The translations under genes and the position numbers were made by a program. The notes under the pieces are model-generated. The model was not told where the DNA came from. It saw nothing but the letters and a program-made list of their open reading frames with translations, and searched no databases. Of a stretch of DNA of 64,000 nucleotides, positions 57,457 to 64,000 are shown piece after piece. Numbering within the stretch: position 1 is the stretch's first letter; the number at the start of each line of letters is the position of its first letter. Origin of the DNA: Bacteroidales bacterium (lineage in GTDB: Bacteria; Bacteroidota; Bacteroidia; Bacteroidales; UBA4417); the NCBI GenBank assembly GCA_963677975.1, contig OY782677.1, forward strand, positions 1,665,821 through 1,729,820, in the 5' to 3' direction.

Positions 57457-57644
57457 TTCAAATCAGTGAAAAGGCCAATTAGTCAAAATAATAAGTAAAA
57501 GAGATATTACCATATACTGGAACGCGAAGGAAAGGGTTAATCGTTTTAAAATACTGGATTATAGCCAGCTACGGACTTCATGCTTCCGACTTGCTGTCTT
57601 ATAGAGGAATACAATGAAAATCAGAAAAAGTAAATCAGTACAAC

Positions 57645-58991
57645 ATGGAAAAGATACGTTATGAAAGGCCGATAATTAAGAAAATGAGTACAGGATTGAT
57701 GAATAAATTCGGTACAAGAGCCGAACAAACACCTGTAACTCACATCGACAATGTACCGGTTAAAACCCTTTTATCGGAATATGGTTCGCCCTTATTTGTT
57801 TTATCGGAAAAGCAGATCAGGCATAACATTCTTAACGCTTCACGGATTTTTAAAACTCGATATCCAAAGGTTCAGTTTGCATGGTCGTATAAAACCAATT
57901 ACATGGATGCTGTGTGCCGGATCTTTCACCAGGAAGGTTCATGGGCGGAGGTCGTGTCGGGATTCGAGTACGATAAAGCACTTAGCAACGGTGTACCAGG
58001 GAATAAGATTATTTTCAACGGTCCTGATAAAAGCGATGAACAGCTTATTACCGCTTCGCGAAACAATTCGCTGATCCATATCGATCATTTTGATGAACTT
58101 TACACTTTGATAAGGCTGAGTGACGAATTTGATCTCAAACCACGAGTAGCTATACGGGTAAATATGGATACCGGTATTTATCCCAAATGGGACAGGTTCG
58201 GGTTTAATTATGAGAATGGACAGGCCTGGAATGCCATAACCCGCATCATTAATTCAACAAATCTCGACCTGGTCGGGCTGCATTGCCATATTGGCACATT
58301 TATGCTTTCGCCCTCGGCCTACGCAGTTGCTGCAACCAAGCTTTGTGAACTTACAAAAACGGTAAAGGAGAAGTTCAATAAAGTGCTTCAGTATATCGAT
58401 CTGGGCGGCGGTTTTCCTTCGACAAATACTCTTAAGGGATCCTATCTGCCGGGTTCCGATACGGTGCCTTCGATCGACCAGTTCGCCGATGCCATTACCG
58501 ACGTTATACTCGGTTTTGGTTTCCGGCAGGAAGAATTGCCCCTGCTTATCCTCGAATCAGGAAGAGTTCTGATTGATGATGCAGGCTTTTTACTCGGAAC
58601 GGTTGTGACTACAAAACGACTTTCGGATGGCCGCCGGGCAACCATTCTTGATTTTGGTGTGAATACTCTTTTTACAGCATTTTGGTACGATCACCAGGTA
58701 AGTACAACAAAATCCTATGGCCAGCATACCGAGGAAATGATAATGTACGGACCGCTCTGCATGAATATTGATGTTGTTCGCGAAAGCATCACTATGCCCC
58801 TTATCGAAAAAGGCGACCAGGTGGTGGTTCACAAAGTCGGTGCATACAATATGACCCAATGGATGCAGTTCATAACTTTGCGTCCCAATATAGTACTTAT
58901 CGACAGGGAGAGTAAGACGCATATAATCCGTAAAGCGGAAACAGTCGAAAGCATGCAGTCGGCTGAGTTGATTCCTGCCTATTTAAAATAA
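57645..58991 (+). CDS. PLP-dependent decarboxylase, Orn/DAP/Arg (group IV, alanine-racemase fold) family
   Basis: PLP-lysine motif FAWSYKTNY, HCHIGT, phosphate-binding IDLGGGFP, ESGRVLI, and a C-terminal beta-barrel region (YGPLCMNIDV...GAYN). Confidence 0.82.
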   Translation: MEKIRYERPIIKKMSTGLMNKFGTRAEQTPVTHIDNVPVKTLLSEYGSPLFVLSEKQIRHNILNASRIFKTRYPKVQFAWSYKTNYMDAVCRIFHQEGSWAEVVSGFEYDKALSNGVPGNKIIFNGPDKSDEQLITASRNNSLIHIDHFDELYTLIRLSDEFDLKPRVAIRVNMDTGIYPKWDRFGFNYENGQAWNAITRIINSTNLDLVGLHCHIGTFMLSPSAYAVAATKLCELTKTVKEKFNKVLQYIDLGGGFPSTNTLKGSYLPGSDTVPSIDQFADAITDVILGFGFRQEELPLLILESGRVLIDDAGFLLGTVVTTKRLSDGRRATILDFGVNTLFTAFWYDHQVSTTKSYGQHTEEMIMYGPLCMNIDVVRESITMPLIEKGDQVVVHKVGAYNMTQWMQFITLRPNIVLIDRESKTHIIRKAETVESMQSAELIPAYLK

Positions 58992-59072
58992 TAAGTTAAA
59001 TCAACAATTTGAAGTGCCGGGAATTGTAATTTAGATTAATTTACTGCCTTGTTCAGCAACAGGAATACAAGT

Positions 59073-61283
59073 ATGAATTTCAAGCGATATATTAATACTT
59101 TCGGTACAACAGTTCTGCCTGCAACGCTGAACTCATATTCGGCTGTGTTTTTCTTCAACAACAAGGTACTATCAACACTCATATTGCTGGTAAGTTTCTT
59201 CAATTTTTATGCCGGGCTGAGTGGACTTATAGCTGTGTTGTTTACCGTACTCCTGGCAAATTCAATGGGGCTCGATAAAATTCAGCTTAAAAGCGGAGTT
59301 TATACTTTCAATGCGTTGCTTACCGGCATTGGGATGGGAACATTTTTTGAACCTGGCTACGTTTTCTTTAGCCTGTTGTTGTTAGCGGCTTTACTTTCGC
59401 TTATACTATCAGTTACAATGAGCGGATGGCTGGGAAAAAGCGGTTTGCCATTCCTGAGTATGCCTTTTGTATTTTCATTCTGGTTTATACTTCTGCCGGC
59501 ATCGCAATTTGAGAACCTGGGATTAACCCAGCGAAATATATACTGGATGAATGAAATGTATGCCATAGGCGGGAGTACTATGCTTAATTTCTTTCAAACC
59601 ATCGATCAGTTGCCCATCAATAAAATGGTTGATATTTACCTGAGGTCGATGAGCTCGATATTTTTCCAGAATAACCTCATTACAGGTTTTCTTGTTACAA
59701 TAACTATACTGCTTAGTTCACGGATTGCATTTTCTCTCTCCATTGTCGGTTTTCTTTCGGCTTATCTCTTTGCCCAGTTTTCGGGTTCGGAGGCAGCGAG
59801 CATTACTTATTACAACATCGGGGCTAATTATATTATGGTTGCCATTGCAGTAGGCGGTTTTTTTGTGATTCCCTCTGGTTACTCATACTTATGGACGGTT
59901 TTGCTGGTACCGCTCACATCGCTGGTGCTGCTTTTTATGAGTAAGTTATTCGGATTTATCCAGTTGCCGGTGTTTTCGCTTCCATTTTCAGTAGTAGTCA
60001 TTCTTTTTGTTTATTTCCTTCGGCTCCGGGTAAGCCCGTCAAAACTTAAACTGACTCCGCGACAGTACTTTTCGCCCGAAATAAATCTTTATGCCTTTAA
60101 TAATAACCAGGATCGCTTGTCGAATTTCCTTTATTTCCCGCTGTACCTGCCGTTCTGGGGCGAATGGAACGTAACACAGGGGCATGATGGTGAACACACC
60201 CATAAAGGGGATTGGGGCAAGGCTCTCGACTTTATGATCCTCGATGATAAATCAAAATCCTATAGCTCGAAGGGGCAACTCTGTGAGAATTACTACTGTT
60301 ACAATAAACCGGTTGTAGCGGCAGCCGATGGTATTGTTGAAGAAATTGTTGATAATATCGACGACAACGATATCGGAAAGGTGAACACCAGTAACAACTG
60401 GGGCAATACAATCATTATCAGGCACCTGCCCGGGCTTTATACCCAGGTATCGCACCTTAAAAAAGGATCTTTTAAAGTTTCGAAAGGTGATTTTGTAAAA
60501 AGAGGCGATTTGCTTGCTACCTGTGGAAACTCGGGCCGCTCCCCCGAGCCGCATATTCATTTCCAGGTGCAGACAACCCCATTGCTCGGGGCAAAGACGA
60601 TCTTTTACCCTATTGCATATTACGTTCAGAAAGAGAATTCAGGCCAGCAACTACTCCAGTTTGCGGTACCTTCCGAAGGTGATTCTGTTTCCGGTCTTGA
60701 AGTAAACACTCAACTCAGGACTGCCTTTGATATCATGCCCGATACCAGTCTTTCGTACCGCTTTATGAATGAAAACGGCATCGAAATAACCGAGAAATGG
60801 GATGCCTACACCGATGCGTACAACAGCAAGTACCTGTATTGTAAAGAAACCGATTCGAGTGCTTATTATATAAACGATGGCACTATGTTTTATTTCACTT
60901 CTTTTTACGGCGATAAGAAATCACTTCTTTATTATTTCTACCTGTCGGCCTACAAAATACTTATGGCTAATCCTGATTTGTTTATCGTTGAGGATGCTAT
61001 GCCTCTTGATATAATCAGGAATAAAAAACTGAGCATATGGCTCCAGGATTTTATTGCACCATTCTATACCTACATTAAGTTGGGCTATTCAGTTAAAGCT
61101 GAGTCGTCTGATCTGCAGTTCGGAAACAGCATGATGCAACTCGCATCTGAAATTGATTTAATGATATTGGGCAAAACCCGCAACGAAAGCAGAAGTTCTT
61201 TGTTGATACAGGGCAACTGTATAAAAGAATTCAGCTTTGAATCCTCCACTATTACCATAAAAGCCATATGCGTAAGTACATAA
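59073..61283 (+). CDS. fusion protein: urea-transporter-like (UT family) membrane domain + M23 metallopeptidase domain + C-terminal domain of unknown function
   Basis: About 330 aa with ~10 TM helices (LNSYSAVFFFNNKVLSTLILLVSFF..., a UT-like N-terminus). Then HTHKGDWGKALDF...GNTIIIRHLPGLYTQVSHLKKGSFKVSKGDFVKRGDLLATCGNSGRSPEPHIHFQV (M23 HxH motif). I prefer the ATG at 59073 over the TTG at 59049. Confidence 0.72.
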   Translation: MNFKRYINTFGTTVLPATLNSYSAVFFFNNKVLSTLILLVSFFNFYAGLSGLIAVLFTVLLANSMGLDKIQLKSGVYTFNALLTGIGMGTFFEPGYVFFSLLLLAALLSLILSVTMSGWLGKSGLPFLSMPFVFSFWFILLPASQFENLGLTQRNIYWMNEMYAIGGSTMLNFFQTIDQLPINKMVDIYLRSMSSIFFQNNLITGFLVTITILLSSRIAFSLSIVGFLSAYLFAQFSGSEAASITYYNIGANYIMVAIAVGGFFVIPSGYSYLWTVLLVPLTSLVLLFMSKLFGFIQLPVFSLPFSVVVILFVYFLRLRVSPSKLKLTPRQYFSPEINLYAFNNNQDRLSNFLYFPLYLPFWGEWNVTQGHDGEHTHKGDWGKALDFMILDDKSKSYSSKGQLCENYYCYNKPVVAAADGIVEEIVDNIDDNDIGKVNTSNNWGNTIIIRHLPGLYTQVSHLKKGSFKVSKGDFVKRGDLLATCGNSGRSPEPHIHFQVQTTPLLGAKTIFYPIAYYVQKENSGQQLLQFAVPSEGDSVSGLEVNTQLRTAFDIMPDTSLSYRFMNENGIEITEKWDAYTDAYNSKYLYCKETDSSAYYINDGTMFYFTSFYGDKKSLLYYFYLSAYKILMANPDLFIVEDAMPLDIIRNKKLSIWLQDFIAPFYTYIKLGYSVKAESSDLQFGNSMMQLASEIDLMILGKTRNESRSSLLIQGNCIKEFSFESSTITIKAICVST

Positions 61284-62410
61284 TATTCCTGTTCCTTTTA
61301 TATTCCATAGCTTTGAAAGCCAATGCCGCCCTCACATATGCAGAGGTCGACAGTATAACGTATCATTGCTACCTTACCGCCGACTGGGATAATCTGATTG
61401 TGACCGGCGAACAGGCCATAAAGGAGAAAATTGATTTCAAAACACTGAGGCAACGCCTGGGTTATGCATTCTTTATGAAGGGAAATTATTACGTTTCACA
61501 GAAACATTACGAAAAAGCCCTTGAGTTTGATAAATATGATGCCGGAACGCGGGAATACCTATACTACTGTGCATTAAATACCGGCAACGAGACTTCGATG
61601 CGGTATCATGCTGCAAGACTTACCCTGGAACAAAAGGAAGCGTTCCGGATTAAAGCCTTTAATCCCTTGGCAGCTATCGATCTTGAGTTTAATTATAAAT
61701 CAAATACCTACGATAAACGTTCCAACCCGACCTATTTTCGCCTGGGAGTGAGCAGCTACCTGGGAAGCCGTTTCTCATTGTACCAGTCCATTTCAATGTA
61801 TAATCAAATGATCGACACATTTCCCGTTCAGCAACCTGATTATTTTGCCATGCTGAAATACTCGGTTACACCAGCCACAACATTCACCGTAGCTTACCAT
61901 TACCTGAATACGAATATTGACGGGTATAAGTACCCGGGTAACCTGGTTTTCGGCCAACTTTCAACCCGCATAAGCCGGTTTGAGATAGGTGTGAACGGAT
62001 CCTCTTTTAAATACGATCTTGGTAAGTTCAACCAGGTGGGTGCTCATGCAAAGGTTACACTGCCCGGCAAACAAGGCATTTATCTCAAAACTTCGCTTAA
62101 CGAAATGATTGAATCTTCGAATAACCGCCTGATATTTTCACAAACAGCCGGAAGCCGCATTTTTAAATCTCTTTGGGGTGAAGGGCAGTTGGATGTAGGT
62201 AACATTCAGAACTATTGCGATCACAATGCACTTTATGTTTATAACTCGCTCGATCCAACTGTTTTCAGGGTAGGAGCTTCACTTTTCTGGTCCGTCAATA
62301 AGAAAATTACCCTATATGGCAATTACCTGTACGATTCGAAACAAATCGGACAAACTACTGATCAATATATTCAACATTCATTTTTAACCGGAATTATATG
62401 GAAACTTTAA
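61268..62410 (+). CDS. secreted protein: N-terminal TPR-like repeats + predicted beta-barrel C-terminal domain
   Basis: Signal peptide MRKYIIFLFLLYSIALKANA. TPR-like YYVSQKHYEKALEFD. From about residue 130, alternating beta-strand pattern ending ...SFLTGIIWKL. It overlaps the upstream gene by 16 nt. Confidence 0.55.
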   Translation: MRKYIIFLFLLYSIALKANAALTYAEVDSITYHCYLTADWDNLIVTGEQAIKEKIDFKTLRQRLGYAFFMKGNYYVSQKHYEKALEFDKYDAGTREYLYYCALNTGNETSMRYHAARLTLEQKEAFRIKAFNPLAAIDLEFNYKSNTYDKRSNPTYFRLGVSSYLGSRFSLYQSISMYNQMIDTFPVQQPDYFAMLKYSVTPATTFTVAYHYLNTNIDGYKYPGNLVFGQLSTRISRFEIGVNGSSFKYDLGKFNQVGAHAKVTLPGKQGIYLKTSLNEMIESSNNRLIFSQTAGSRIFKSLWGEGQLDVGNIQNYCDHNALYVYNSLDPTVFRVGASLFWSVNKKITLYGNYLYDSKQIGQTTDQYIQHSFLTGIIWKL

Positions 62411-63018
62411 AAAAGATTTTAGTCTCAGTGGCCTTTGTCCTGTTATCAGGATACATAATGGCTCAAACTGCGGCTGTTACGCAGGCTGCATTTGTAAAAA
62501 GTTATGAAGCCGAAAAAGATGGCAATTACTCCACAGCCATTTCGTCGCTGAAGACAGTTTACCAGGCCGACAGTTATGTACTGAATGTCCGTTTAGGATG
62601 GCTCAGTTACCTTGCCAAACAGTACAACGAATCGATAAAATACTACGAAAAGTCAATTTCGCTGAAACCCTATGCAATCGAAGCCCGCTTTGGATATATA
62701 AAACCACTTAGTGCTATTGAGAACTGGGAAAAGGTAAAAGCCAATTACCTGGAAATTCTGAAGATTGATCCGCAGAACACCGTTGCAAACTACTGGCTGG
62801 GTGTAATTTACTATAACCGTAAAGACTACGCGAATGCTACAAAACTTTTCGAAAAAGTAGTAAATCTGTACCCTCTGGATTACGATTCGGTAATTATGCT
62901 TGCCTGGTCGAAACTTAATACCGGAAAACCGGCTGACGCAAAAGTGCTTTTTAACCATGCACTAATTCTCAGGCCCGATGATAGTTCAGCGCTCAGCGGA
63001 CTGAAACTGATAAAATAA
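62398..63018 (+). CDS. secreted tetratricopeptide-repeat protein
   Basis: Signal peptide ...LLSGYIMAQT. TPR motifs (YNESIKYYEKSISLKPYAIEARFG, ANYWLGVIYYNRKDYANATKLFEKVVNLYPLDYDS). It overlaps the upstream gene by 13 nt. Confidence 0.75.
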   Translation: METLKKILVSVAFVLLSGYIMAQTAAVTQAAFVKSYEAEKDGNYSTAISSLKTVYQADSYVLNVRLGWLSYLAKQYNESIKYYEKSISLKPYAIEARFGYIKPLSAIENWEKVKANYLEILKIDPQNTVANYWLGVIYYNRKDYANATKLFEKVVNLYPLDYDSVIMLAWSKLNTGKPADAKVLFNHALILRPDDSSALSGLKLIK

Positions 63019-63039
63019 GTGAAGTGATTGTAAATATTA

Positions 63040-63076
63040 ATTCCCGGAATGCCTGCTTTCCGGGAATTTGTTTTTT
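63040..63076. terminator. strong hairpin terminator (attcccggaa-N8-ttccgggaat + ttgtttttt)
   Basis: Perfect 10-bp stem read directly. It closes the 55-63 kb cluster and sits between convergent genes. Confidence 0.85.
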
Positions 63077-63101
63077 GGCTATATTGTTTTTTAGCAAAAC
63101 T

Positions 63102-64000
63102 CTAGAATACAACCAGGTACGAGATTTTAAGCATAAAATCATTCCTGGGCTTAGTTTGCCAGAGGTCGGTTAAATAGTCATCAAAAACCTCTCCGCTTCC
63201 ATTCTCGTAATTGGTGCGTCCCTGTGCCCAAACCAGGTAAATCGATGAACCTGTTTTGTATTCCCAGCGGAAAACCATATTTGAGCGGTATTGAATAAAA
63301 TGGAAATCGGGATTTGAGAATGAAAAATCCTGAATACCGTTTTGATCCTCATCCACACTAAATTTGTTGGTTTCTTCATTCAGCGAAATCTCTTCTGTTG
63401 TGAACTGATGAAAGCGGTTGGTGAATTGGTCCGCCTTCGGATCGGTGATCCTTTTGTAATCAGTGTATTTCCCTTCGAAAATATAAGGCTGTGCATAATA
63501 TTGTATTGAAAGCTCAGGAGTCAGGCTCACATTAATCCTTGCCGATAGATCGAATACCTGCCTGCTGAGGCTGCCCATTATGTAACGGGTATTATTCTCC
63601 ACTTTAGGTGCTGTTACAAACTGTAGTTGGCTGAAACCACTGGTGAATTGTGGTATCAGGGAAAGCAGCAGCGTTTTTACAGGTTTATATGTTATTTCGC
63701 AGGTATACCTGTGGTTATTGTAATACCCATCCTTCCCATAGTGATGTGAAGTACTGAAGCGTAATGCAAGTTTTTTGCGTGTGTCGCTTTCGGCATAGGC
63801 ATTGAAATTAAATACCGGAGGGAGCAGCAGGGCAGGTCCTCCCCAAAGTTCACCGCGTGAAAGTGTTGTACCGGCATAATTAATACCAGCCCCTGTGGTA
63901 TAGTATTTTTTAAACTGCCCGTTTGCATTCAGGTCGAATCCTTTATTTATGGTTTCACCGCCGAAATCCCATGTAATGAATTCGGTAAAATTAGCCGACG
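63102..64000 (-). CDS. DUF5916-type protein, C-terminal ~299 aa (paralog of 48818-51433; 5' end beyond window)
   Basis: I extended the frame upstream of the track's GTG at 63602 by hand. It stays open to 64000 (...GGETINKGFDLNANGQFKKYYTTGAGINYAGTTLSRGELWGGPALL...ITYKPVKT...) and is collinear with the other copy. The C-terminus is ...FRWEYKTGSSIYLVWAQGRT...DFMLKISYLVVF. Confidence 0.7.
   Translation of the reverse strand, partial: SANFTEFITWDFGGETINKGFDLNANGQFKKYYTTGAGINYAGTTLSRGELWGGPALLLPPVFNFNAYAESDTRKKLALRFSTSHHYGKDGYYNNHRYTCEITYKPVKTLLLSLIPQFTSGFSQLQFVTAPKVENNTRYIMGSLSRQVFDLSARINVSLTPELSIQYYAQPYIFEGKYTDYKRITDPKADQFTNRFHQFTTEEISLNEETNKFSVDEDQNGIQDFSFSNPDFHFIQYRSNMVFRWEYKTGSSIYLVWAQGRTNYENGSGEVFDDYLTDLWQTKPRNDFMLKISYLVVF

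Noticed and set aside
57614-57664. 16-codon sORF MKIRKSKSVQHGKDTL sharing the MKIRK start with the PqqD-like protein
   Set aside because: It overlaps the decarboxylase start in another frame and is very short and basic. The resemblance covers 5 residues only, which is most likely chance.
57645-58991. Calling the decarboxylase lysA outright
   Set aside because: Motifs identify only the Orn/DAP/Arg group IV family. Substrate specificity cannot be read from the sequence without a phylogeny, so I assigned no gene symbol.
63102-63602. Track ORF presented as a complete 166-aa protein
   Set aside because: The 'M' is an internal GTG (Val). The frame remains open to the window edge and aligns with the 871-aa paralog, so it is annotated as a partial CDS 63102-64000.

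Overview
This 64-kb chromosomal window reads as a Bacteroidota (Bacteroidia-like) genome. Supporting signs are T9SS C-terminal sorting domains, TAnnTTTG -7 promoter boxes ahead of many genes, and typical housekeeping neighbourhoods (rsfS-ftsH-cdsA-psd, DUF3822-rsmD, coaD, pyrE, birA, holA, gyrB). I can support about 58 protein-coding genes. I recognised no tRNA, rRNA, CRISPR array, transposase or integrase. Most of the window is core metabolism or envelope function. Five things stand out. (1) At 55.1-63.1 kb an operon-like cluster combines a PqqD-like peptide-recognition protein, a T9SS cargo protein, an ATP-grasp ligase, a group IV PLP decarboxylase, a urea-transporter::M23-peptidase fusion, a TPR/beta-barrel protein and a TPR protein. 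I cannot map this combination to any described pathway, and it is my best candidate for an undescribed system. (2) At 17.9-23.1 kb an Hdr-like module (HdrC-HdrB, then HdrA-HdrC2) ends in a membrane-anchored HdrE::HdrD-type fusion. (3) Degenerate 7-10 nt tandem arrays fill many gene 3' intergenic regions, including about 12 units of CRAATGACYA at 39.6 kb. (4) There is a small secreted Cys-rich AKAGCAK-repeat protein with its own promoter and terminator. (5) There are two SPFH modules, one under a YtrA/GntR regulator with a perfect 16-bp inverted-repeat operator and one coupled to a 59-aa ribbon-helix-helix gene missing from the ORF track. All functional calls come from my own reading of translated motifs. 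No database search was run.
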